Shown here: one piece after another, positions 13,524-26,577 of the stretch
Numbering within the stretch: the stretch's first letter is position 1
How the letters are laid out: every line of letters starts with the position of its first letter
NCBI GenBank assembly: GCA_951406725.2
Contig: OX597823.1
Location: 9,796,001-9,860,000, forward strand
Source: Octopus vulgaris
Taxonomy: Eukaryota
Reading direction: 5' to 3'
Length of the DNA stretch: 64,000 nucleotides
Translations under genes and position numbers: made by a program
The notes under the pieces: model-generated
The model's input: only the letters and a program-made list of their open reading frames with translations
What the model was told of the DNA's origin: nothing
Databases searched by the model: none

Positions 13524-14259
13524 TAAGATGGTATGTTAAAATTTCAGGGCGATCGCATCCTACATCCAGTAAACTGAACGGCATCTAGAATTGTCTCCAA
13601 TTTCGTCGTAAGAAAGTTCTTTATGGTTTTGGTATGGTGATGCTAAGCAATGTATCAATAATTCCATCATTAACTACATACGTATTGTCCAATACAAAAT
13701 ACAATGACACAGCATGGCTGAGGATTTGTTGCTTTTCATGTCATTTAAATTCTCCTGTTCACAGAGTCCCTATCGGGTCTCTTCATCTACTAGATATTGT
13801 AGCCAAATTGTACTCAAATTACACCACACTACGGAATTAAAAATAGGCAAATACAACTTGCATAATTGCACAAAAGCTGGTTGGTCACGATGGAAATACT
13901 TTTCACCATAATTTTGTTCGGCTTTAATTAATTGGAGTTTCCCAATTATACGAACATTTCTGTTGTATTTTTATAGTATACAGCTCTGTCACTGCTTGTA
14001 CTCTAACGTTCGCTGCAAATCAAATTTAATAAGGTTTCTCCGAAGTTTAAAGAATTTTTATTTGAAATATATTCTGTTACAGAAAACCTTCCATTGGTGT
14101 GGCTTCTTCAATTTGCCATTTCTCGATTTAATAATTCTAAATACAATTGAGTATTTAAATAATAAGTATATCCTGATTATTTTCCTATTCCCATTTTTTT
14201 GGTTTCTATACAATTCTCATACATTTCAAGTACTTATTTATTATTTTTTCCATTTACAT

Positions 14260-14682
14260 AGGCGCAGGAGTGGCTGTGTGGTAAGTAGCTTGCTAACCAA
14301 CCACATGGTTCCGGGTTCAGTCCCACTGCGTGGCATCTTGGGCAAGTGTCTTCTGCCATAGCCCCGGGCCGATCAATGCCTTGTGAGTGGATTTGGTAGC
14401 CGGAAACTGAAAGAAGCCCGTCGTATATATGTATATATATATGTATATGTGTGTGTGTGTTTGTGTGTCTGTGTTTGTCCCCCTAGCATTGCTTGACAAC
14501 CGATGCTGGTGTGTTTACGTCCCCGTAACTTAGCGGTTCGTCAAAAGAGAACGATAGAATAAGCACTGGGCTTACAAAGAATAAGTCCCGGGGTCGATTT
14601 GCTCGACTAAAGGCGGTGCTCCAGCATGGCCGCATTCAAAATGACTGAAACAAGTAAAAGAGTAATAGAGTAAAGAGTAAGA
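14260..14682 (+). mobile_element. SINE family B, full length, with internal (TA)n(TG)n
   Basis: A box TGGCTGTGTGG, B-box-like GGTTCAGTCCC, then CTTGGGCAAGTGTC, an internal microsatellite and a (TAAAAGAG)n tail. Confidence 0.9.
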
Positions 14683-17014
14683 GTTATTTGCAATACATTT
14701 CTTATTCAATAACTTAAATTTCTAAATCTTCATTGCCTTTTATGTTATCGTTTCTTTTATCTAGGCTCTGGAATTACTTTAATTGCATGCACTAAGATTG
14801 TTGAGTAATTATTGAAGATTAGAATACGCTATAGATTTCAACAATGTTTTTTGAGGTTGGAAATAATATACATCCTAGTTAAGCAGGTCTCATCGAAGTG
14901 TTAGAATGCCATGTCATCTTTCCAAATGGATGATATCAAATCCTATTTTGGGAAAAAATGTCCATTTTTTATCTTCATTTCCTTCATTTATAATTATTCT
15001 TTGATGTGAAGAAATAATACAAAGAATGCACATAATTGCCTCAAATGACTAGCAGGAGATAATAACGAAAAGCATAACGGTAGCATATATAATATGCTCT
15101 TAATAAAGACAGATGTCTGTTATCATGAAGAATTTCCATGTATTTCAACAATATCTTTGATCCACTTTTGCGGTTGAGTTCATGGATTTCTTCTGAGTTG
15201 ATCATGCTACGCTGACTAAGATAATCATTCTTATAAATCTCAATAATCCACGGCAGCGGTATTTCGTATCATTAAATGGATGAGTGACACATCCTGCAAA
15301 GTGGACGCTGGCAATTAATTTCCCCGGAAGAAATTGAATTTCGAGCTCAATGCTAATTAATCTCCTGACAATTCTACAGCACTGACGTCTTTTATAATCG
15401 TTAACTAAATTGCTATGCACCTTTGCAATAAAACATTCTTTTGGAAACCGATGCCTTGGCTAAGGTCTCACACTACATTCAAGGTAAGCGATAAAATGTC
15501 GACCTTCAAGTTGATTTTTCCCGTGCCTTATTGTCATCATCATATTTACTTTGCCAACAGATTAAGACTCATGTAATTCTCTCATTTAGATGCAACCTTA
15601 TTTTTATGGTAATTTTTGCTTATACGCTATTAACGCCACACCATACTTAAATGATTTTCTTCAATGATCTAGCTTCTCACTTTTCTTCCGGTGCAATCAA
15701 ATTTTGTCTTGATTCATCCCCCGCTTCACGAGTTCTTTCCCCTCTGGACATGAATTCCCAGCAACTTAATTTAGCTTATCCCATGTTGCAAATACTCTGG
15801 AAAAACCATTGCTTTCGTTGCAATCGAGTATGACCTGTGAGCAAGAACCATATTTTGGCTAAATGGTTAAAACTTCAACGCAGTCGTAAGCAGAATCGCA
15901 CCTCTTACTCTTGAGAAAGTGGAGTATCCAGAATATGACAGATCAAGTTTAGGGAGGACCGCAATACTTCTGGACCGGTATTTGGTTTCAGCTGAATCGA
16001 TTGGCTTTTATATTTAGAAGAGTCAGTAACTCTGTAGAGCACTACAAACAATGACCACGTGACTCTCGTCTAATGAGATTGACCTAATACAGTGTCCTCA
16101 TTTACAATCTTTAAATGTGGTTTACATATGAAAAATATCTTTATCCATTGTAAACTTTCTTTATATACTTAATGCGGAATCACTAAACGCGAACCTCTGA
16201 AAGACACTTAGCCAATTATATACAGAGCAAGCATACCTCCTTCAAAAGAAACTGTACGAAACTCCATCAGTTTGGTTTTAGGTGTAATATTCTTGAGAAA
16301 ATATTCTGAAATTACTATGGTTAGAACTTATTGCGATCAAAGATTTGTTCGATCAGAAGTTAACTAGAGCTAATCAGCATGAACCTGTGGAAGTTTTGTA
16401 GAAGTGATGCAAATGTTACCAATTCTATATGTATTCAAGTATAACATGTTGATTGATTAATAATGATGTGTAATATGAAAAGGGTTTTGCGTAAAATAGA
16501 GACAAGACCGTGTTGAAGAAGTTGCTTCTTTGATGAAGAAGCTTTTCAATATATTAGCAGAGAAATTTCTTTATGGATTGGATTATTAGAAAAGTGCAAA
16601 ACGTCAACCGCACAAATCCCAGAAGCAAATTTAGGGATAAGGATTTAGCCACGAAATTTCTGAATTTATATAATGTTCTGTCTGAAGAAAGGGGACGCAT
16701 TATTCAAATTAACTCTCTCGCAGAAAACTTGCTGGAAAAATTTAAGCAGGGTGATAGTTTGTGGTTAAGGACAGAGTAGAGGTACTAGTGCAGTGTTTTT
16801 CTAGACTATAGAGAATGAATGGGGAGGGTTGAAGCAAGTCAGTCGGTTGGAGATGGGACGAGATCGGTTAGCCGGAAACAACTGTAGCAGCTGTAAAGAA
16901 GTAGAGTGGGGGCCAAAACGTTTGTGGGATAGGGTTTATTGTGTGCTGAAGAAAAGTGTAAGAATTATTTTTAAGGCTTTAAGTAGTTCAAGTACAATGT
17001 AAGCAGATTCTTGC

Positions 17015-17180
17015 ACTTGCTGTGTGGTTAAGAAGGTTACTTTGAAACCGCATGTTTCCCGGTTCAGTCTCACTGCGTGGAACCTTGTTCGGGTATCTTC
17101 TACTATTACTACGGGCCGACCGAAGCGTTGTGAGAGGATTTGGCTGACGGAAAATGAAAGAAATCCGTCGTGTATATATA
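17015..17180 (+). mobile_element. SINE family B, diverged 5' half
   Basis: GCTGTGTGGTTAAGAAG...GGTTCAGTCTCACTGCGTGG...GACGGAAAATGAAAGAAATCCGTCGT. Confidence 0.7.
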
Positions 17181-17277
17181 TTCATAGTAATACACATATA
17201 TATATATTAATAGTAATGGTATAACTACTAAAGAATGAATGAAACCTCGATATCATGTAAATAAAGGAATTTATCTG

Positions 17278-17868
17278 TAATATAATATGTGACAATTATT
17301 CGGTTGCCATAATAAGTCTCCGAGTTTCGGTTGTCGGGGCGGAAATCTGCTCCGGCATCTCGTCAGTTATCAAGGCAATCGAAAAATGCTATGAAATTGC
17401 ATTATTAAGAAAAAAGAGCTATCAGAATGACCGTTAAAGAAGAGGAAAAACTGAAGGGGAGAAAGTAAAAACGTAAAAACGCTCATAGAAATCGCGTATG
17501 TATGCATGTACATACATACGCATGCGCCAAATTATTCAGTCATATATGGTCCTTAAAAGATAAGGGCGTCAGTTACGATATCCACTTGAAGATCTTAGCC
17601 AAGCGTAAGCCTTACACCAACGGCAGTGGAAAGTGCGGTCTTTGAGATATGGAATGTTGGCTCACCTGGAAAAGCAGCTTAGACCTCGCTACATGTCTAA
17701 ATTCATGAACTGAATTTTTTGGATCATGTCCACGTATGGCTCAATATTTGTTACGTTTTTAGTCCCCCCCCCAAGATCACAGATAGAGCCTGCTTTTTAT
17801 ATTGTGTCCCCGTAAAAGCATTTTATCTCTCTATGTTTATATATATATTTTTTAAATATTGTTCCACA

Positions 17869-17934
<66 letters not shown>

Positions 17935-18700
17935 CTTTAAATAATTTTACATATTTTTTCTGTATTTTACCTTTCACCCTGCATTTTCATGTGCATATGC
18001 ATATATAGACGTGTATATGAACATTTTTGTGCGCGTATGGGTATATATACGTGTGTGTGTGCGTATGTGCAGGTATGTATATATGTACATGCATATGTAC
18101 ATGTGTATGGTTGCATATATATATGTGGGTTCACACGCATGTGTTTCACGCGAGTGTGAGGGAGCGTATGCATATATAGCATGTGCGTATTCTAGACGTG
18201 TATTTGAATATAATTGTCTGCGTATGGGTATATTCACGTGTGTGTGTGTGCGTGTCTGAGCGGATATGTATATGTGTACATGTATGCTTGCATATATATG
18301 TGCATATATAGGTGTATATGTGGGTATGCATGTATGTATTTCACGCGAGCGTGAGCAAGTATATGAATATATGCACATGTACGTGAGTGTGCGTGCGCGC
18401 ATGTGTATGTATGTACATATGCGCATATGCGATCTCTATGACCATTTTTACTTTTTTACTCTTTTACTTTCTCCCTTCAGTTCCCCCCCCCTTATTTAAC
18501 GGTCATTCTAATAGCATTTTTGTCTTAATAACGGTCAATTACATAGTAATTTATCTTTGTTTAACGGTAATTTTTATAGCATTTTTGATTACCTTGATAG
18601 CTGACGAAATTCCGGACAGATTTCCGCCCCGAAATCCGAAACTCGGAGTCTTCTTATGGCAATCGTATAATTGTCTTGTCACTTATTGTATTGTATTATA
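17278..18700 (+). mobile_element. Penelope-like (Naiad-type) element: inverted pLTR, GIY-YIG C-terminus, pLTR
   Basis: 17278-17527 is an inverted, diverged copy of about 18397-18700. 17526-17762 translates AKLFSHIWSLKDKGVSYDIHLKILAKRKPYTNGSGKCGL*DME...LNS*TEFFGSCPRMAQYLL, matching the PLE pattern HIW.LK...C.LC..E...LN.R.E...C.H...LL. Confidence 0.8.
18595..18656 (+). ncRNA. Hammerhead-ribozyme-like motif in pLTR (inverted copy at 17310-17372)
   Basis: CTGACGA (18601-07), long imperfect stem II, GAAA (18638-41), CTCGGAG, TC. Stem I is TGATAA/TTATTA in the 17.3-kb copy. Confidence 0.55.
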
Positions 18701-18722
18701 TTATATTATATATGTATATATG

Positions 18723-18773
<51 letters not shown>

Positions 18774-18851
18774 CAAGAAGAAAAAATTGTAAAAATGCAG
18801 AATGCTAAATTGAAAGAAAATTTTAAATTGATAAAATATATAAATATACAT

Positions 18852-18895
18852 CAATTCAAACCGGTTTTCGTCATAATGTGACTTTTCAAGAATTG
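18852..18895 (-). ncRNA. Minimal type I hammerhead-like motif, U3:A8 variant
   Basis: Minus strand reads CAATTC-TTGAAAA-GTCA(CATTA)TGAC-GAA-AACCGGTT-T-GAATTG, with perfect stems I and II and palindromic stem III. It lies between inverted repeats at 18778-18824 and 18971-19013. Confidence 0.6.
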
Positions 18896-19064
18896 TAAAG
18901 GAAATTTTTTTTTTAAAGTGAGAAAGGGGAAAAAAGAAAATTGCATTGTTTTTTGCAAAAGAATAATAATAAATTTTCTTTCAATTTAGCATTCTGCATT
19001 TTTACAATTTTTCGTTGGTTATCATTTCTCCACGTGCGGTCAACACAACCCCACCATTTATTGA

Positions 19065-19134
<70 letters not shown>

Positions 19135-19450
19135 TTATTTGAGGAAATAAAATCCAAACTTACAAGGAAAAATATTCAATTTAGAAAAACTAAAGTAAAT
19201 TTCACAAAATATAATATATATATAAAAAATTAGAAGAAAAACACCTTTTATCAATTCAAAATGAACAATTAAATTACACCCTCTATAAAATTACATATAA
19301 TAGAAAGATTAAAATTAAAATAACAATAAAATGTCAAAGATTAAGTAAATTGCAAAGAATAATAATAAAAACGTATATAATAATTATTTGAGGGAATAAT
19401 AATCCAAACTTATAGGGAAAAATTCAATTTAGAAATACTAAATCAAATTT

Positions 19451-19484
<34 letters not shown>

Positions 19485-19633
19485 CATATATACATACACA
19501 TACACGGAAACATACATATATATATATATATATATACACATACACACACACACGCACACACACACACATATATATATATACGACAGGCTTCTTTCCGTTT
19601 CTGAATTTATATATATATATATATATATATATA

Positions 19634-20292
19634 AATTCGATTACGTAAAAATGTTGAAACTATGCATGGTACAAAGTTGAAGGGGATAAATGTTTTTATT
19701 TCTCCTTTAGTTTCAGAATTACTACTATTTTGCGGTTTGAGTTTAGCTGCTCATTTCAAGTGAGTTGAACGGCCTGTCAGGGTCATTCCTTAATATTATT
19801 GTTGAATATATTATATAGTCTGTGACTATTTCTACTTTCTGACTTGAACGCTGGTTGCAGAAAATTTTTCTTGAATTTTTTTTGAATTTTTTTGCTACCC
19901 TTATACTGATTAATTAATGATTTTTTGACTAATTCTGAAATTGTATCAGCAGTTTATATTTGCTGCTGAGTAGATGGCGCGGTTACGGTGGATTTCGAAA
20001 ATTTAGGATATATAAACTCGAGGCTTCGATGGTGCTGCCTCGTGTGTATATATTTTCCTTTTCTTTGGCGACTTTGCTGATGAGACAAGCCAATCGTAAA
20101 CGGATTTAATTTAATTTAATTTAATTCGATTACGAAAAAAATGTTGAAACTATGCATGGTACAAAGTTGAAGGGGATAAATGTTTTTATTTCTCCTTTAG
20201 TTTCAGAATTACTACAATTTTGCGGTTTGAGTTTAGCTGCTCTTTTCAAGTGAGTTGAACGGCCTGTCAGGGTCATTCCTTAATATTATTAT
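19634..20292 (+). repeat. ~165-bp direct repeats (19634-19800, 20123-20290); probable tandem pLTR-type element beside (TA)n
   Basis: Near-identical AATTCGATTACG...GGTCATTCCTTAATATTATT copies, with a degenerate CTGATGAGA...TCGTAA motif near 20076-20100. Confidence 0.6.
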
Positions 20293-20317
20293 TATTATTA
20301 TTATATATATATATATA

Positions 20318-20600
20318 AATTCAGAAACGGGAAGAAGCCTGTCGTATATATATATGTGTGTGTGTGAGTGTGTGTGTATGTGTGTGAGTGTGTGCATGTG
20401 TGTATGTATGTGTGTGTGTATGTATGTATATATTTGTGTGTCTGTGTTTGTCACCCCTCATCACTTGACAAACGATGTTAGCGTGTTTACGGCGCAGTAA
20501 CTTAGCAGTTCGGGAAAATAGAGCAATGAAATAAGTACTAGGCTTACACAGAATAAATTTTCGGCTAGAATTGTTCGACTAAAGGTCGTGCTCCAGCATG
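20318..20600 (+). mobile_element. SINE family B, 3' part (another diverged tail at about 20690-20878)
   Basis: GAAGAAGCCTGTCGTATA(TG)n...GTAACTTAGCAGTTCG...GTGCTCCAGCATG. Confidence 0.75.
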
Positions 20601-20638
20601 TGTGCGTATACATGTATATGTACATGTGTCTGTATGTT

Positions 20639-20680
<42 letters not shown>

Positions 20681-22333
20681 TGCAAGTGTGTTTGCCTTTG
20701 TGTCTGTGTTTGTCCCCCGCCGCCCTTGACAATTGTCCCCGTAAATTAGAGGTTCGACAAAAGAGGCCGATTGAATAAGTAAGAGGGTCCATTAGTTGGA
20801 CCACAATTCCCAAAGGTGGAGCCCCAGCATGGCGGTAGCCTAATGACCGAAACAAGTAAAAGATAAAAAAATAAAAGATGCATCTAAGAGTTCGAATATG
20901 CAGTCTTGTTTTTCATTTCATTATGAGTTCACGTTTGTCACTGTTTATAGCATATGCGAAACGTTTGGGTCCCCTTACAGCTGAAATATACGTATGAATC
21001 AGCTGCATATAGTTTTCAGGAAAACATTTAACGGTCGCTAGGGGAAAAATATTTTCAAGATATGTGTTAGTACTAAAGTTGATATATGTTTCCAATACAT
21101 TAAAAACGGTAAAACTTAAAATGATATGGCTGCGGTTAGCTAGATCAAAGCAATGTCTTCGCTATGCTATATGTACCGTAACTTTCCCATGATATAGGAT
21201 AGATTTCCATGAAGAACAAAAAGTTGCTAATATTATATATTATTATAAAACGCCCGTGTTTGAGAGAAATAGTTTTATCACATAACACGTAACTTCCGCT
21301 TGTATACTTGACAGGACAGAAGAATGAACGGCTTGATTAACAAAAATAACAGGTATAGTCAGCGTGAAAGAAAGAAATATAAGGGAAATTACTTACCTTA
21401 TATCTACCTTTAAAGTATGGCTGATGTTGTTCAGTAGCCACATTTTATACCTGAATGAGAAAAAAAAATGAACTAATTCATTCTACGGGTGACCAGTCCG
21501 TAATGTCGTGTACCTAAAACTACAATGTGTAATAGGTTTGACTTTCTTTAACCTGACACCTTTCGATTTCAGAGGAATTTAGATATTTCTTGCGAATGAC
21601 ATGTATAGCTAGCGCTTCCTTAATAGCTTGTGTGTTGAGTAGTTTTATTAGCATTGAAAGTAACAAATTGATGTTGATGATTGTAACACTCACAGCTCTG
21701 TCAATGTCGACAAGTTAGTAGAGGTAAAATGAGAACAAAGTTGCGGAAACGTGCTTAGAAGGGAACTTAGATACGCATGGAACAGTTTTGCGAACACCAC
21801 TCATATAACTGACAGTTGCTGTTGTCTTCTTCTTCTTCCAATCAGGACTCACGCCATTAGCCACAAAGATACTACAGTACAACTAAGTGGAATGTCTTTA
21901 TTTTTTCCGCTTTACTGCTGATTTGAGATACAAGAAATTATTATCAATTTACTGTAACTAATAATAATTTACTCGCATAAATACGACACTTCCAGAATAT
22001 TTAGTTAGCGAGTTTAGACGCTGAATTATTGTTGTTGGACTTTAGGGTATGCCTATGGACTAAGCAAGGGTCACTATTATCTCCGTGATGTTCAAGCTGC
22101 TACAATGCTGTTAGACACGAAATGCATTATTACCAAGGGATGTATGCGTTGAGCTGAGTTACGATAAACAATCTACTAAAGTTGATACTTTGAGGTGTTA
22201 GTAGTGTTGGAGTGAGTGTTCCTGCTATGAACTGAAAGAATTAGTTCTTCGAACGAAAATATGATAAAGTTAATTTAAATTTTTCTCTTAAAAACCGAAT
22301 TCATTTTTGTTTATTACATGCAAATTCACCCGG

Positions 22334-22377
<44 letters not shown>

Positions 22378-23492
22378 GTTTATATATATATATATGGATG
22401 CATGTATGTATGTACAACAAACATGACATATAACGTGACATATAGAATAAATATACAATCAGTTAATAGCTAAATGTATGCAGAGGAAAAAGTCATTCTA
22501 TTCAATTACAGCATAATTGAAAATTTCCGTGAGATATCTTTAGGCTTAACACGAGCAATGATATTGAATGAAATTCTTCGTCTTATATCGTCATTTCCAA
22601 CTAGGAAAATTTTATTTTTCAGTTAGTTTTCTTTATTTTATCTTTTATCTTTTATTTTTTCTTTTGCTTCCTTTCCTATAAACAGAAAGTGGAGTCAAAA
22701 ACTAGCAAAAATTACGCATCCAAACACGAATTTTCGGTAATAAAATCACTTGCGGTCAGAGAAAAGTTCATGGGCAGGATGGTAAGAAGAAAACAATAAA
22801 AGAAATGAAAAAAGCAAGTTTAAATAAAAACAAGCTAAATGTTTATAAAGCAAATAGCTTGTTTATGATGAGTTTGACACGATAGTTCCAGGTGTATAGG
22901 GTTATGTCAATGTTGTTTTTCGATTTTACTTCCTATCACTATGTCGCCATCTTTGCAGACACTGAAGAATATATAATAAATAAAATATAAAGCGCGACGA
23001 TGGCTACATACCAGTGACGTGTGATACGTCGTACTGAGTGGAAGGTTGAGCTGGAAATCACCTTCAATAACAATGGCTTCACTTAGCATTTTTTTTATCA
23101 CCCGGCTAGTTGTTGATTATGTTGTCATTGGTCATATCATTGATAATCTTATATCATTCTTATCCACGATGTTACGAGTCATGATAATCTTTGCCTTTAT
23201 CCGTATGTAGGAATATTGTCATATTGTTTCAGATGGCGACGTTAAATGCAACTGAATAGACAATAGCCGAATAATAAAATGGAGTGAATAAATGAATATT
23301 TCAATTATCACACGTTCACAGTCGTTGCATCGTAACATGAAGTGTATAGCTTTCATCTAATAGCAGTTATGTTAAAGTTGCTACACCTACCCAAAAGAAA
23401 GTTTACAGTTGTGACTCGACACATACAATAAGCGTGTAGGCCTCAGGAACAGTTTTGCGAACACCTCTCTTATAACTGACGGTTGCTGTTGT

Positions 23493-24038
23493 CTTCTTCT
23501 TCTTCTTCTTCTTCTTCTTCTTCTTCTTCTTCTTCTTCTTCTTCTTCTTCTTCTTCTTCTTCTTCTTCTTCCAATCAGGACTCACGCCATTAGCCACAAA
23601 GAATAATTTCTAATTCGAGCCTTCTCTCAGCTACTAAGAATACGTGTGGCAACTTGAAGATCCACCCATAACACACAGACTGGTGGTTGCACGTCCGTGA
23701 AAGCTACATTGTTATCCACATTCCGTAAATATTGGCTTTTAACGGGTGGAGAGCTGAACTATCCTGGGGTACAGAGGATTCGCAATCTAGACTGGGGTCT
23801 GAAAGTTTACCACACCATAGTAAACATGATTCTTCTGCTTTGTGGCAGAAGTAGGAAGAAAGAGAAGAGAACGTTGATGTGAAAGAGTACAGCGGGTTTG
23901 TCCCCCCACCCGCCGGAGCCTCGTAGAGCTGAGGTGTTTTTATTCAATAAACACTCACAATGCGCGGTCTGGGTATCGAAACCCCGTTCTTACGACCGCG
24001 AGTCTGCTGCTCTAACCACTGGGCCATTGCGCCTCCAC
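23493..24038 (-). mobile_element. SINE with family-A head but a different body and a (GAA)n tail
   Basis: The head GTGGAGGCGCAATGGCCCAGTGG matches family A for about 160 bp, then diverges. (GAA)n tail. 11-bp TSD GTTGCTGTTGT at 23482-23492 and 24039-24049. Confidence 0.8.
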
Positions 24039-24069
24039 GTTGCTGTTGTTTTATCTGACCTATCAGCAA

Positions 24070-24345
24070 GATATTTCGTTATCCTATTTCTTTACTACCA
24101 ACAAGGGGCTAAACACAGAAAGGATGAAAGGCAAAGTCGATCTCGGGGGAATTTGAACTCGGAACGTAAAGACAGACGACATACCTATTTCTTTACTACC
24201 CACAAGGGGCTAAACACAGAGAGGACAAACAAGGGCAGACAAACGGATTAAGTCGATTACATCGACCCCAGTGCGTAACTGGTACTTAATTTATCGACCC
24301 CGAAAGGATGAAAGGCAAAGGCGACCTCGGGGGAATTTGAACTCT
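24070..24345 (-). mobile_element. SINE family C, partial multimer
   Basis: Reverse complement of family C units (CTTTACTACCCACAAGGGGCTAAACACAGA...CGAAAGGATGAAAGGCAAAG). Confidence 0.8.
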
Positions 24346-24711
24346 ATGGAGCTTTCTACTTTGTCGCTCAAACTTGCAAAAGAACAACAGCCCCTAAAAA
24401 GAAACAAATAAAAAGAAAAAAAAACCGAGCTAAGTCTCTTAAATCAAATCTCCTCCACCGTTTTACAAAACGGTAAAGACAGTTTAGATTATCATTGATA
24501 ATCCTAGCCACGATCTGGATGGCCAACGTTGAAAATCTTTGATGACAAATCTTCTCAGCAACAAAAAAATGATAATAACAATAACAATAACAAATCATTG
24601 ATCTACAACAACAATGACAGGAGCAATAAAAGGCAACTATAAAGACAACAGCAAACAACGACCACTACTACTACTACCACCACCGCCACTACTACTACTA
24701 CCACCACCACC

Positions 24712-24747
<36 letters not shown>

Positions 24748-25206
24748 TCTTCTTCTTCCACAAGTATAGTACGGCTTCTAGAAAGGTACATCTACTGGAG
24801 AAAGACGCTTTTGTATCAACCACCACTAGTCGGCTTACATTTTAGAAAGGTTGGAAATTTCAAGAGAGACTTCGGCGGTGCCTAGCATGCAAATATCCTA
24901 TCAATATTTCCCGCTAATACATTCCATACATTGTCCATCCCTTGGATGAGAAATTTGCTAACCCATCGAACTATCGTGTTGATGGAGACTTTTCTCCGGA
25001 TCTCTCAATCAATCTTAGTGTTTCGTTGGGAACACCTGGATTGATGTCCCCACACACTTCTTTCTATACATTAATAACTTCTTTCTGATACATTCAACAA
25101 CACGTATGTAAATGACACCACCCTTCAATCCCCCTAAATTTTCCCCATACAAATACAAGTTACTACACACTAAAGCTGCATTACATAAACAGAAACCTTC
25201 AGAGCA

Positions 25207-25976
25207 GTGGTGAGCTGGCAGAATCGTTAGCACTCCGGCCGAAATGCGTAGCCGTATTTCGTCTGCCGTAACTTTCTGAGTTCAAATTCCGCTGAGGTCG
25301 ACTTTGCCTTTCATCCTTTCGGGGTCGATAAATTAAGTACCAGTTTCGCACTGGGGTCGATATAATCGACTTAATCCGTTTGTCTGTCCTTGTTTGTCCT
25401 CTCTGTGTTTGGCCCTTTGTAGGTAGTAAAGAAATAGGTATTTCGTCTGTCTATACATTCTGAGTTCAAATTTCGCCAAGGTCGACTTTGCCGTTCATCC
25501 TTTCGGAGTCGATAAACTAAGTGCCAGTTACGCACTGGGGTTGATATAATCGACTTAATCCGTTTGTCTGTCCTTGTTTGTCCTCTCTGTGTTTGGCCCT
25601 TTGTAGGTAGTAAAGAAATAGGTATTTCCTCTGTCTTTACATTCTGAGTTCAAATTTCGCCGAGGTCGACTTTGCCTTTCATCCTTCCGGGGTCGATAAA
25701 TTAAGTACCAGATACGCACTGGGGTCGATGTAATCGACTTAATTCCTTTGTCTGTCCTTGTTTGTCCTCTCTGTGTTTGGCCCTTTGTAGGTAGTAAAGA
25801 AATAGGTATTTCCTCTGTCTTTACATTCTGAGTTCAAATTTCGCCGAAGTCGACTTTGCCTTTCATCCTTTTGGGGTCGATAAATTAAGTACCAGTTACG
25901 CACTGGGGTCGATGTAATCGACTTAATTCCTTTGTCTGTCCTTGTTTGTTCGCTCTATGTTTAGCCCCTTGTGGGC
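25207..25976 (+). mobile_element. SINE family C: head plus 4 tandem 184-bp units
   Basis: Head GGTGAGCTGGCAGAATCGTTAGCA (A-box-like). GTATTTC restarts at 25254, 25438, 25622 and 25806. Confidence 0.9.
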
Positions 25977-26577
25977 CACACTCACTTTGATTGATTTAAC
26001 GTGATAAATATCGTAATCACTACTTCTGATATAATAAAAGCGAAATTCTGTCTGGCGGGGATCCCTGCATCTCAATCTACATTTGCTCTGCATAGACATA
26101 TATACCTTTTTGCAATCAAGATGAACAAGTGATGGAAAATGTGACTTTCATTTGGTTCTTGAACATCCAACATTACAATCTGATTTTAAAGCATTTGAGT
26201 TGCTATTTCAAGCAGGTAAAAATAGACTGATTCACGTCTTGGTTGGGCTTTGTCAGATGACGTCAGAGATCAAGGAGGAGATAAATGATATTTGCTTGGT
26301 TAAATTTACTTCGAGATAAGAAGTTTGGGACAATTTGGCCAACAGATGGTATTCAACTTGGGACTGGAACAATGAAATGATTGCGCCACAGGGTTAATTC
26401 TCATCCATTAATAACCTCTGATCAAACACCCCTGGGACATATAATCATTATTGATGTATCATAGTCATGCTATTTAGCTCTCTTTAGTTTTGGGCTGCAA
26501 GTCTCATTAGCCCTGCGCAAGACCTTGTGGCTTTTAAGCTAGTATATGATAAGACGTCCCTTCATTATACGAGTATG

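Noticed and set aside
15150-16950. Non-repetitive-looking segment, possibly old LINE debris or exons
   Set aside because: No sustained frame or diagnostic motif.
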